From the NCBI GenBank assembly GCA_037574385.1, contig GCA_037574385.1_4529.1: DNA of 64,000 bases; one strand, written 5' to 3'. Position numbers and translations under genes: made by a program. The first letter of the stretch is position 1; each line of letters begins with the position of its first letter. Source of the DNA: a phage. Below are positions 47,700 through 56,214 of this stretch, piece after piece. Below the pieces are notes generated by a model. It was not told the DNA's origin. It did no database searches and saw only the letters and a list, made by a program, of their open reading frames with translations.

Positions 47700-49388
47700 T
47701 TATGAAACAGTCATTACAGTAAATCGTCCAACTTTGCTCATCTGAAGATGTTGTCCATAAGCTTGTGGGTCATGGTCTCTGTGACTAATTATAAACACGT
47801 TTGCATCGGTTAGAGAGTTAAGAATCGTTGAAATAGCTTTAATACCTTCAGAATCAGTCGCGGAATCCATGACTTCGTCCATAATTAATGTATTGATTCT
47901 AACACCAGAGACCTTTTCAGCAATATCTCGCCATGTAAACAACAACGCGATATCAATGCGTGCTTTTTCACCTTGACTAAATGAAGCATAACTAAAATCT
48001 TCACGGCCGCGTGATTTTATAGATTCATTGAATTCTTCGTCAATAGAAAACACATAATCAGCTTCCATGATTTTAAGATAATGGTTAATCTGCTTGTTGA
48101 ACAGAGGCACATATTTTTTAATGATAGCACCTTTAATACCAGAATCTTTTAACATATCTGTGATAATACCACGATGGTATTTTTCAAGAACGATATCCGA
48201 TTTTGTTTTAATGATTTTATCAAGTTCTTTTTGAAGCAAAGCTATCTCATCGGCATGGTCGATAAATTCCGCCGAGGCTTGTTCTATTGCAGCTTTAACT
48301 TTCTTAGCTTTATCAATAGTAGCAATCATTGCTTGTTTCTTTGTACGAATATCGGATGCAAGGTCCTGTTTAGTCTTAACATTAGCTCTATATTCGTCCA
48401 CTAGGACACTCAGATTATCTCTGTGACAGGTAAGTTGCTCGAATGAGTGATTACATTCATGAAGCTTATCGGTAATCTTAGAGACAATAGGATCGCCCTG
48501 GTGCAACTGTGATGCACAAGTAGGACATGTACCGCCATCGTGATACATCTTAATAACTTTGTTATATGAGTCAATTTTAGATTTAATCAAGAATGCTTCT
48601 TGTCCTATCTTGTTGAATGCCTCAGTAGGGTCTTCATCAAGAACGATATTAAGTAGTCGCTCATTAGCTTCTTCGATTTCTGCTTTTAATGAACGAGCTT
48701 CTTTGGCTAGGTCGTCATACATATTCTGTAGACGTGCTACATTATCGCCAGATAATTTCTTTTGGCGTTCGATATTCTCGTTATAAATCTTAATTTGTTG
48801 GATAATACCATCTTTCTTGGCATCGAGAACTTGTCCCTGGGAATTAAGTTCTCGAACTTGAGACTTATTGATTTTATCCATTTCAGCGAGTGTGCCGACT
48901 TCTAAAAGGTCTTCGACAAGTTTTCTACGAGCAGGGGTGCTAAGAGCCATGAAAGGGGTATACCCTGCCGTCCCAAGCACAACGATCTGTTTAAAAGACG
49001 CGTATGACATTCCGATGCTACGTTCAAATTCTTCTTGGAAGTCGCGACTGCTGGCAGATTCATCAAGACGAACACCGTTAACGGAGATTTCGAAAATATT
49101 GGGCTTTTGGCCACGTTTAATGAAGTATTTTTTATCATCGAATTCCATCCAAAGCTCAACTAAGAGCTCTTTCTTGTTCGTGCTATTAATGATTTGTCCT
49201 TTCTTAACATCACGAAATGGTTTACCGAAAAGTCCGAAAGTAATGGCTTCTAACATCGTAGATTTACCACCGCCATTTTTACCAGTGATTAATGTCTTTT
49301 GGACTTTATCTAATTGGATATCAATAGGATTCCCACCTACCGACATGATGTTTTGATAACGAACACGATTTAATTTAAATGATTTCAT
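47700..49388 (-). CDS. 46: recombination endonuclease subunit gp46 (Rad50/SbcC-like)
   Basis: 562 aa; Walker A GKNGGGKSTMLEA, central coiled coil with CPTC zinc hook, C-terminal ABC signature/Walker B. Confidence 0.95.
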   Translation of the reverse strand: MKSFKLNRVRYQNIMSVGGNPIDIQLDKVQKTLITGKNGGGKSTMLEAITFGLFGKPFRDVKKGQIINSTNKKELLVELWMEFDDKKYFIKRGQKPNIFEISVNGVRLDESASSRDFQEEFERSIGMSYASFKQIVVLGTAGYTPFMALSTPARRKLVEDLLEVGTLAEMDKINKSQVRELNSQGQVLDAKKDGIIQQIKIYNENIERQKKLSGDNVARLQNMYDDLAKEARSLKAEIEEANERLLNIVLDEDPTEAFNKIGQEAFLIKSKIDSYNKVIKMYHDGGTCPTCASQLHQGDPIVSKITDKLHECNHSFEQLTCHRDNLSVLVDEYRANVKTKQDLASDIRTKKQAMIATIDKAKKVKAAIEQASAEFIDHADEIALLQKELDKIIKTKSDIVLEKYHRGIITDMLKDSGIKGAIIKKYVPLFNKQINHYLKIMEADYVFSIDEEFNESIKSRGREDFSYASFSQGEKARIDIALLFTWRDIAEKVSGVRINTLIMDEVMDSATDSEGIKAISTILNSLTDANVFIISHRDHDPQAYGQHLQMSKVGRFTVMTVS

Positions 49389-49633
49389 ATGTATTCTCTT
49401 CGAATGAAGTCCTCTACATATTTTAACATGTCATCCCTATCAGCAAAATATTCATCTAGTTCTGCATACATAACAACACCCGGTGCGTACTCACAGGTAA
49501 CATACATTGTTCCAAAGAAACGAGGAGTTGATTCCTCGCAATTCTCAGTCCATTCAACGATACCAATATAACCGTCACCAATACTAAATTCATGACGATG
49601 GATTTCATAATCAGTCTTCGTCATTATACGCAT
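49385..49633 (-). CDS. 46.1-like small protein (82 aa)
   Basis: ORF between 47 and 46. Confidence 0.5.
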   Translation of the reverse strand: MRIMTKTDYEIHRHEFSIGDGYIGIVEWTENCEESTPRFFGTMYVTCEYAPGVVMYAELDEYFADRDDMLKYVEDFIRREYI

Positions 49634-49868
49634 CCTCGATACATGCTTCAGCCATTTTAAGAATAGAGCCAGGAGTATCGTTGTCCATTATATTAAAGCT
49701 AAATTCAATAGCCCAGTCGGTGCAGACATGAACTGCTTTAACTTCATTGCCTTCAACGCGTAATGGCTCAATCCAATACTTGATGGTGTTCTCGAATCCA
49801 TCATCATCTTTAACGTCTATTTCAACTTCAAGCCCGAGCCCAGCATTGTTAAATTCATCTAAAGTCAT
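49611..49868 (-). CDS. 46.2-like small protein (85 aa)
   Basis: ORF between 47 and 46. Confidence 0.5.
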   Translation of the reverse strand: MTLDEFNNAGLGLEVEIDVKDDDGFENTIKYWIEPLRVEGNEVKAVHVCTDWAIEFSFNIMDNDTPGSILKMAEACIEDAYNDED

Positions 49869-50884
49869 TGTGTTGCCTCAATATAAAGTTCGTTGGAATA
49901 TTTGACCAGCGCTTCTCTGTCTTCGTCTGAGATATCTGGAATCGCGTCAATATATTCTTTAATGATATCTTGAAGTGATTTAATCTCGATTTCCTGGTCG
50001 TCATCAGATTCAACACTGTTATCAACTTTAGAAACCATACGAAGAGAGTGAACTACTTTTTCAAGTTCAGATTCAAACTTAGTCAACTCTGAATCAATTT
50101 CTGATACTATAACACGTACGGCTAGATTAGTATAATCAGAATAATTGATTTTGCCTTTAAACGGATAAGTGATTCGTCGATGCCATGTCGTTTCATTGGG
50201 AATAAATTCCATACGTTCAACGTCGGTGTCAAATACCCAGAATCCGCGAGGATCATTCTCGTCACCTGCAGTAAGGGTCCATGGTGTCCCAATATATTTG
50301 ACGTTAGCAGCTTCAGAGATTGTGTGGAAGTGGCCGGACCAGACTTGTTTATAGGTCTTTAAGAAATCAGGTTCAAGCCCATGAGACTTCATTCCTTTAT
50401 AGAAATAAAAGCCGTTCAGTTCCCAGTGCCCAACACAATACGCAGCAGAAGAAGTCTTGATATGCTCTAAGATTTCACCTGTATTTTCTTCACACATCCA
50501 TGGAACGATATCAATCAGACATCCGTCAAAATCTACAGTAGTTGGATGTTCATAAATAGTAAAGTTTTCAAATTGAGTTAACAATTCAGAAACAGTGTTA
50601 GGTGTTATTGTATTCTTAAACGCCATGTCATGGTTTCCTATCGTGACATGAACGTGAATGCCTGCCTTAGAAATCATATCAACTATTTCACGATTGAATT
50701 CCATCGTACGATGTGTAATTGCTTTACGGACGTCGAACCAATCACCGTACTGAATCCAAGTTTTAATCCCGTGTTTCTTAGAGTATTCAATTGCTTGACG
50801 AATACCATCACGTTGAATATCTTGGACCCATGGGTCGTCCTGTTTAACGCCGATATGGAAGTCACCTAAATGTAAAATTTTCAT
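49865..50884 (-). CDS. 47: recombination nuclease gp47 (Mre11/SbcD-like); start at MKILHLGDFH
   Basis: Calcineurin-like phosphoesterase motifs (LHLGDFHIG, GNHD, GHFH); track ORF extends 27 nt further upstream (to 50911). Confidence 0.9.
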   Translation of the reverse strand: MKILHLGDFHIGVKQDDPWVQDIQRDGIRQAIEYSKKHGIKTWIQYGDWFDVRKAITHRTMEFNREIVDMISKAGIHVHVTIGNHDMAFKNTITPNTVSELLTQFENFTIYEHPTTVDFDGCLIDIVPWMCEENTGEILEHIKTSSAAYCVGHWELNGFYFYKGMKSHGLEPDFLKTYKQVWSGHFHTISEAANVKYIGTPWTLTAGDENDPRGFWVFDTDVERMEFIPNETTWHRRITYPFKGKINYSDYTNLAVRVIVSEIDSELTKFESELEKVVHSLRMVSKVDNSVESDDDQEIEIKSLQDIIKEYIDAIPDISDEDREALVKYSNELYIEATQ

Positions 50885-51024
50885 AAGTCTAACGCCGTTA
50901 TCGCAATGCAAAATAAAACCACAGAAATTAATCCATCTGGGGTACTAAAGAAACCTATCCAACACGCCCTAGTGAATAGATAGAAGGCTAATATCAATAT
51001 AGTCACACCTAAAAATATAATCAT
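50881..51024 (-). CDS. possible small membrane protein (~47 aa, below threshold)
   Basis: Hand translation MIIFLGVTILILAFYLFTRACWIGFFSTPDGLISVVLFCIAITALDL; stop overlaps gp47 ATG (ATGA). Confidence 0.35.
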   Translation of the reverse strand: MIIFLGVTILILAFYLFTRACWIGFFSTPDGLISVVLFCIAITALDL

Positions 51025-51071
51025 ATGTTTTCCTCATTAGTTGGTTCATTTTATCATCCAGAATATAAAGC

Positions 51072-51100
51072 AAAAAAAAAGGAAGCACTAGGCTTCCTTT
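51072..51100 (-). terminator. rho-independent terminator at the alpha-gt locus
   Basis: GGAAGC/GCTTCC stem with 5-nt loop; minus strand followed by U9. Confidence 0.65.
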
Positions 51101-51260
51101 CCAATTAACACACCGTACAGAGGTTCGCGATTAGACGTGAACTTGATAGGCTTATACGTAATAGTACCTTCATTTTCTGCTTTAATACGAGCGGCTTCAA
51201 ATTGAAGTATCATCTCATTTTTGTCAGATTTAATCTTATCAAAATCCATCGAATTCGTCA
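51087..51260 (-). CDS. possible small protein (~57 aa, below threshold) ending inside the terminator loop
   Basis: GAGG 8 nt upstream of ATG; hand translation MTNSMDFDKIKSDKNEMILQFEAARIKAENEGTITYKPIKFTSNREPLYGVLIGKEA. Confidence 0.35.
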
Positions 51261-51410
51261 TTCATAAAACCTCTTAAACTTTTTCGTATTCGTAATTCAT
51301 AAGCTTAAAAATCTGGGTGTTCGTCTTTCATTAGCCACCTGTCCACGTTATCATCGTTTCCACCATTTCTTAACTTGAAATGAATCAACCCTGCGTTCAG
51401 CTTCAGACGT

Positions 51411-51734
51411 TTAAACTTTGTTTGAACTAGCGCCATTAATGATGTCCTCAATAGCCTGACGAGTAGTAACCCACTGGATTTTAATTAACTTGTCATTATA
51501 CGGTTGTCGTAGAATATCCCGAGATTTCTTAATAGCATATTCATAAGCTTCGAAGTTGTTTTGAATTGCTGCTTCTTGAGCATGAGCATAAAGTCGATTT
51601 AGTTCGAAACGATTCTTTTTAAGAATCTTTTCGGATTTTTTACGTGCTTCAGCTTCATTTTTCTTTTGTATTTCTTGTAGCATTTTAGCTACTGCATCTT
51701 CTGCTTCTTTATTTTCAATAATCTCGGTAGTCAT
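51411..51734 (-). CDS. hypothetical protein (107 aa), 55-downstream
   Basis: Charged, helical ORF in operon orientation. Confidence 0.5.
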   Translation of the reverse strand: MTTEIIENKEAEDAVAKMLQEIQKKNEAEARKKSEKILKKNRFELNRLYAHAQEAAIQNNFEAYEYAIKKSRDILRQPYNDKLIKIQWVTTRQAIEDIINGASSNKV

Positions 51735-51735
51735 A

Positions 51736-51945
51736 TTATCTCATTAAATTAAAATAAAAACGTCCGTCCTCTTCAATACAGAACTCGTACTCAACTGGAG
51801 TCCCATTTATTGAAAATGACACGTCATGTGGGTTCAAAGGGTCGATGTCAAAATTAATTTTAAATTCTCGACCCAACAGTTTTACCAAATAAGGGATTGC
51901 TTCGTCAAAAGGTTCTTCTAAGTAGTTAGAGATGTCAATTGTCAT
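51736..51945 (-). CDS. hypothetical small protein downstream of 55 (start at internal Met)
   Basis: Track ORF overlaps the 55 coding end; internal [17 protein letters not shown]... start removes the overlap. Confidence 0.45.
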   Translation of the reverse strand: MTIDISNYLEEPFDEAIPYLVKLLGREFKINFDIDPLNPHDVSFSINGTPVEYEFCIEEDGRFYFNLMR

Positions 51946-52510
51946 CCTCATATAAAAAATCCAAACTAGGCGAATCGCTAACAACTTCCTTCTTTTCAGC
52001 CCCAGGAGCTTTATAAGCGGATTCTTCATAATGCGTCATTTTATCGTAGATGTCTTGAATAAACGTTTCATCTACCAACGCTACCATATCATCGTCATGA
52101 CTGTCGTAGACATTATGAACGAAGTAACTATATTTCTTTGCAACTTCCTTACGTTCTTTTTTGATACGTTGGACAAAAGCATTAAAACAAGCTCGAGTTA
52201 TGTATGCATGTGGGTTATTGTACTTAGTTTCGTCGAAATTATGAAGTCCCTTAATAGAGGCTTCAATCCCATCTGCAATCATCTCCTGCTTCCAAGACTG
52301 GGTATACCCTGAAAAGTTGAAACGTTTGGACAGGCCTTCGGCGATAAGCATAATTGCTAAACCGATGGTATCATTCTGACGAATAATTTTGTTTGGGTCT
52401 TTATTATTTAAGAGCTCCTTTTTCCACTCGATTATAGCAGCGAGAAGCTCTTTATTATTCACATAGTTATTTTTAGGTTTTTGTTCAGTCATAAGTACCT
52501 CTTGGCTCAA
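51935..52510 (-). CDS. 55: late-transcription sigma factor gp55
   Basis: ...[148 protein letters not shown] matches T4 gp55. Confidence 0.95.
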   Translation of the reverse strand: MSQEVLMTEQKPKNNYVNNKELLAAIIEWKKELLNNKDPNKIIRQNDTIGLAIMLIAEGLSKRFNFSGYTQSWKQEMIADGIEASIKGLHNFDETKYNNPHAYITRACFNAFVQRIKKERKEVAKKYSYFVHNVYDSHDDDMVALVDETFIQDIYDKMTHYEESAYKAPGAEKKEVVSDSPSLDFLYEDDN

Positions 52511-52647
52511 TTCATAGGTCTATTATATCATAATATTTAGAGACCTATCTTAAAGCACGAGATACTATCAAAGATACGTAACTTTCATAAAGTTGACGAC
52601 TTAAAATTCACCAAACTTTTCTTCGGTTATAGCAATTCTAGATAGTT

Positions 52648-52875
52648 TCATTCTAATTCCTTCGCTGCAAATAAGGCAGCATCCAACGAATCAAATTGGT
52701 CAACGAAATCAATATTCAACGCATCGTCAACCGTAGCATATAACCACCATTGTTTGAATTCGTATTCTAGAATAAATCCAGGACCTTCAATCTGAGGAAG
52801 ACCTAGGCTATTTGTACCAACTTCGTAACCAGCTAGACGCAGGTCATTAATCAAAGTTTCTGTTAATACGCTCAT
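52648..52875 (-). CDS. hypothetical protein (75 aa)
   Basis: ORF in operon orientation between nrdG and 55. Confidence 0.5.
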   Translation of the reverse strand: MSVLTETLINDLRLAGYEVGTNSLGLPQIEGPGFILEYEFKQWWLYATVDDALNIDFVDQFDSLDAALFAAKELE

Positions 52876-53243
52876 TTTGCCGCCTTAACAATTTTCAGGT
52901 CAATGAATTTTTTCTTACGTTGATTTTTCATACGACGGATAGTCTTTTCAGAGATTTCATGTTTCTGATAAGCTTTAGATTCAACACCAAATGCAGCAAC
53001 GTCAAATTCAGAAAGAATATATTGTACTAGAATTTCACGAATAGAATTACGTCCAATTTTCTGGTCGTGTTTTTGCATGATTTCATAAAGACGGAATTCC
53101 CACGCGTCAAGAACTTGAGGAGTAACAATATTGCCGGATTCCAGAAGAGCAACAACTTTATCGAAAGCGAAAGAATTAACTACGTTTTTGATTTTAGTAG
53201 ACATATTATTTTCCTCGGTTATTTTATTATCCAACGAGAGCAT
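52872..53243 (-). CDS. hypothetical protein (123 aa)
   Basis: ORF immediately downstream of the promoter-hairpin repeat. Confidence 0.55.
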   Translation of the reverse strand: MLSLDNKITEENNMSTKIKNVVNSFAFDKVVALLESGNIVTPQVLDAWEFRLYEIMQKHDQKIGRNSIREILVQYILSEFDVAAFGVESKAYQKHEISEKTIRRMKNQRKKKFIDLKIVKAAK

Positions 53244-53272
53244 TATACTCTGCTCTCAAGAGTCTGTACACT
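53237..53272 (-). promoter_or_regulatory. early promoter with -10 inside a hairpin loop (copy 2 of the 36-nt repeat)
   Basis: GAGAGCATTATACTCTGCTCTCAAGAGTCTGTACA, one mismatch to copy at 8841-8876. Confidence 0.5.
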
Positions 53273-53510
53273 ATTTTTTAAGCATGAAAAGCAAGTAATT
53301 TGTATCACGTGGAGTAATATCAACACCCATATCAAAGATGCCTTTATAGATTGGGTATTTGTTTTCGGTTGTATCGAAGCTGAAACTATTTCCATCACAT
53401 CTAACAGTAATGGCATCTGTTAAAATGTCATACTCAATCCTAACAATTGAATCCCCAATTTTAACGTCGAGGTGTTTTTTGAATTTGATAAAATCTAATT
53501 CTTCGGCCAT
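53271..53510 (-). CDS. hypothetical protein (79 aa)
   Basis: ORF in operon orientation. Confidence 0.45.
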   Translation of the reverse strand: MAEELDFIKFKKHLDVKIGDSIVRIEYDILTDAITVRCDGNSFSFDTTENKYPIYKGIFDMGVDITPRDTNYLLFMLKK

Positions 53511-53570
53511 GATATTTTCCTCATTTTAAGACGATAGGAAGAAGTGTTATCTTCCTACTATCGTAAACTA

Positions 53571-53783
53571 TTAACCGAACTTTTTAGCACCTTTCCAGCC
53601 TTCGTACATAACTGCACAAGTCAATAGTACAGCATGTTGGCATTCTTTGTATTTGTAAACCCAGAACCAGCGTAAGAAGTCTTCATCCTCAACGCCGTTG
53701 AGTTTCATGTTGGCAAAGAATTCTGCACGTTCTTCACGAAGTTGCCATGACACAATATTTTCAGGATTCATTTTATATTCCAT
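53571..53783 (-). CDS. hypothetical protein (70 aa)
   Basis: ORF in operon orientation. Confidence 0.45.
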   Translation of the reverse strand: MEYKMNPENIVSWQLREERAEFFANMKLNGVEDEDFLRWFWVYKYKECQHAVLLTCAVMYEGWKGAKKFG

Positions 53784-53995
53784 GCCCCATTTTCATCGAT
53801 GAACTTAATCCAGTCATTTACAGACCATTTAGTTGTATCACCCTTTGGATTAACATTTAAAGTATATAATCCCTGCTTAAAAAGCATTCGTTTGATATTC
53901 ATAATTTCCTCAACTGTAACGATAACATTCGTTAGCTTTACGTTTGGCTTCAGTATGAGAAGTATTATAATCATAATCTTCTTTACTGTAAACAT
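53768..53995 (-). CDS. hypothetical protein (75 aa)
   Basis: ORF in operon orientation; overlaps the next ORF. Confidence 0.4.
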   Translation of the reverse strand: MFTVKKIMIIILLILKPNVKLTNVIVTVEEIMNIKRMLFKQGLYTLNVNPKGDTTKWSVNDWIKFIDENGAWNIK

Positions 53996-54230
53996 CCTTT
54001 TTCAACTTACGAACTTCTTTGCGGAGTTGTCGATTCATTTCGTTCTTGACTTCAGAATCAACACCTTTCGTACGTTTCCATTTATCTGAGCGGAAGATGT
54101 TTTCAACCATGTCTTTGTGGCTAACACCATCAGGAGCTTTACGCTTACCAAAATAGTCGTAATCGCGAACTTTCAAATCTTTACGACGATATGTTTTACC
54201 CATAAGTACCTCAGAGGTTGATTGATACAA
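53910..54230 (-). CDS. hypothetical basic protein (106 aa)
   Basis: ORF in operon orientation. Confidence 0.45.
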   Translation of the reverse strand: MYQSTSEVLMGKTYRRKDLKVRDYDYFGKRKAPDGVSHKDMVENIFRSDKWKRTKGVDSEVKNEMNRQLRKEVRKLKKDVYSKEDYDYNTSHTEAKRKANECYRYS

Positions 54231-54459
54231 TGCGTTTGATAAAATTCACTTCACTTACTGAAAGGTCTTTAAGGCCAATTGCTTCTAAACGCTGAGTAAG
54301 CGTCAACATCGGGATATAATCCCATTGAGTTTTATTTGCTTGATAAGTACGAACGCCATTAGCAATTTCAACATGCAAATCTGAAATGGTAACGAATACC
54401 GGTCGCTCATCATTAACTTTAAGGGTTAGAACAACTTTCTTTGAATCTAAACTAATCAT
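54211..54459 (-). CDS. hypothetical protein (82 aa)
   Basis: ORF in operon orientation. Confidence 0.45.
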   Translation of the reverse strand: MISLDSKKVVLTLKVNDERPVFVTISDLHVEIANGVRTYQANKTQWDYIPMLTLTQRLEAIGLKDLSVSEVNFIKRIVSINL

Positions 54460-54800
54460 AGTTTAATTTCCTTCGCGATTGAACAGAAGATACCACGGTC
54501 ACAAAGCATTTCACCGATTTCTGGATATTTGATTGAACGATACCAAACATCCAGGCTTGAAATTCTGGTTATCCGTACTGCATTACCATTGACAGAATAG
54601 TACTGGTCAACCTTAATTTCTTTATCTTCAATTGTCATTTTGTTTTCCTCTGTGGTAGATGGTGTTAATCTTAACATATCTATCGAGGATGTAAACTGGT
54701 TTATGAAAATATTTTCGATTTGAGAGGGGCACAAGGAGATAGCGAAGTGAAGATTCCAATGGATTATATTAGAAATGAGATAAAGAAGACCAGGCGGCAC
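54456..54800 (-). CDS. hypothetical protein (114 aa)
   Basis: ORF in operon orientation. Confidence 0.45.
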   Translation of the reverse strand: MPPGLLYLISNIIHWNLHFAISLCPSQIENIFINQFTSSIDMLRLTPSTTEENKMTIEDKEIKVDQYYSVNGNAVRITRISSLDVWYRSIKYPEIGEMLCDRGIFCSIAKEIKL

Positions 54801-54804
54801 CTGG

Positions 54805-55101
54805 TCAATCTTCTATGATATCAGAGTCGTATCCTAATGAAATCAAGGACTTTTTAAACTCTGCAATATTCTTTTGTTTCTTATCATTTAAAAATATGAC
54901 AGGATAACGAATATTAAGTGAAGTGAATCCTGCACGTTTAGCAAGAGATACGATTAAAGGACGGTCATATTCAATCTTACCATTATTAGTGAGGACTTTA
55001 TAAAATGTATAAGGAGCATTGAGCTCCTTTAAAAGTTTTGTAACGGTATAACATCCTGGACAACGTCCTACTTCTTCAGGGATGCCATAGATTTCAATCT
55101 T
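54805..55101 (-). CDS. glutaredoxin-like protein (NrdH-like); start codon uncertain
   Basis: KIEIYGIPEEVGRCPGCYTVTKLL...: glutaredoxin fold start with CPGC active site. Track ORF (to 55257) overlaps the upstream gene; no in-frame ATG directly before the domain. Confidence 0.5.
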   Translation of the reverse strand, partial: KIEIYGIPEEVGRCPGCYTVTKLLKELNAPYTFYKVLTNNGKIEYDRPLIVSLAKRAGFTSLNIRYPVIFLNDKKQKNIAEFKKSLISLGYDSDIIED

Positions 55102-55411
55102 ATTCTTTAAGTTCGAGTTTTGTTCCACGAGAAATAATTCCTTGATACGCCCAGTATGGCGGGTTAACAGAATCCTCACCAGAGTTTTCTTCAGGAAAAT
55201 AAACCTGGATAACGAAGCCGGATTCATCAAAGGTGAAATAAGTAGTAGGCAGTTCACCTAACAAATCGGCACGAGCGTTGATTTCTTCGAGGTCTTGTTC
55301 ACGTCCAGCCCAGAAGCTTGGGTTCAGACTACATTCATAGAAATAATAGTCATTACCGAACATATCAAACCCCTTCCAACTCTCTACCACGTACCGCTCA
55401 AAACTAATCAT
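55100..55411 (-). CDS. hypothetical acidic protein (103 aa)
   Basis: ORF in operon orientation upstream of glutaredoxin-like ORF. Confidence 0.5.
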   Translation of the reverse strand: MISFERYVVESWKGFDMFGNDYYFYECSLNPSFWAGREQDLEEINARADLLGELPTTYFTFDESGFVIQVYFPEENSGEDSVNPPYWAYQGIISRGTKLELKE

Positions 55412-55413
55412 AA

Positions 55414-55629
55414 TTAAGCCTTTTTATCAAGAACAGAATTCAGTTTATTAGTAATTTTGTCCAAACGTTCATTGAATTCGCTGGAGGATAAACCCTTTTC
55501 CGGAGAAATTAAACTAATCACGAAAAATACACCAGTAAAAGGAATAAGAAAAATAGCTCCAACTGCCATAAACAGAAAGAATGTTACAGTTGTAAGAAAA
55601 TCAGCTAAACCTTTACGAAATTTATACAT
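55414..55629 (-). CDS. small membrane protein (71 aa)
   Basis: Two hydrophobic segments; operon orientation. Confidence 0.45.
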   Translation of the reverse strand: MYKFRKGLADFLTTVTFFLFMAVGAIFLIPFTGVFFVISLISPEKGLSSSEFNERLDKITNKLNSVLDKKA

Positions 55630-55743
55630 ATTTACCCTTAATTAATTAACCAAGCATTGATAAGCACTAAACTATATTGCGAATAAAATTCTGGACCAAA
55701 ATGAAAAATCATATCATTTATAGTATCCATAATATAATTCAAT

Positions 55744-56214
55744 TTAATCATGTTTCCACACCCCATCGGTATTTGACCAAAGTCGCTGATTATCTGATCC
55801 TCGCCACAGCTTTTTAGTCGGAAGATTTTTCTCATACTTCCCATCAATAATAACATCAACATATTTAAGCATTTCTAGCTGTTTAATATCTTCAAACTTA
55901 TATCCTGTCCACAACCAAATGCTTTTATTGGGATAAAGATTTTTAATAGTTTGAACCACAGAGTGAATAACATCTCGGTTATCAGGATAGAGAGGGTCGC
56001 CTCCAGTTATAGTCAATCCTTCTATATAATCATTATTCAAACATTGAATTAATTGTTCTAGTGTTTCACCAGTGAATGGAGCACCATTTCTAGCATTCCA
56101 TGTTGATTTATTATAACACCCTTCGCATTTATGCAAACAACCTGTAACGAAAAGAACGACCCTACAACCAGGGCCATTAACAAAATCGCAAGGATAAAAT
56201 CTATCATAATTCAT
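55744..56214 (-). CDS. nrdG: anaerobic ribonucleotide reductase activating protein NrdG (radical SAM)
   Basis: 156 aa; C-x3-C-x2-C (CLHKCEGC) near N-terminus; directly downstream of nrdD. Confidence 0.9.
   Translation of the reverse strand: MNYDRFYPCDFVNGPGCRVVLFVTGCLHKCEGCYNKSTWNARNGAPFTGETLEQLIQCLNNDYIEGLTITGGDPLYPDNRDVIHSVVQTIKNLYPNKSIWLWTGYKFEDIKQLEMLKYVDVIIDGKYEKNLPTKKLWRGSDNQRLWSNTDGVWKHD

Noticed and set aside
48174-49571. Plus-strand ORFs within 46/47 (48174-48404, 48559-48786, 48868-49356, 49389-49571)
   Set aside because: Antisense to confidently called recombination nuclease genes; Ser/Leu-rich low-complexity translations.
55638-55862. Track ORF 55638-55862 (-) and 57548-57742 (-)
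   Set aside because: Overlap nrdG and nrdD in alternative frames; the nrd genes are strongly supported.
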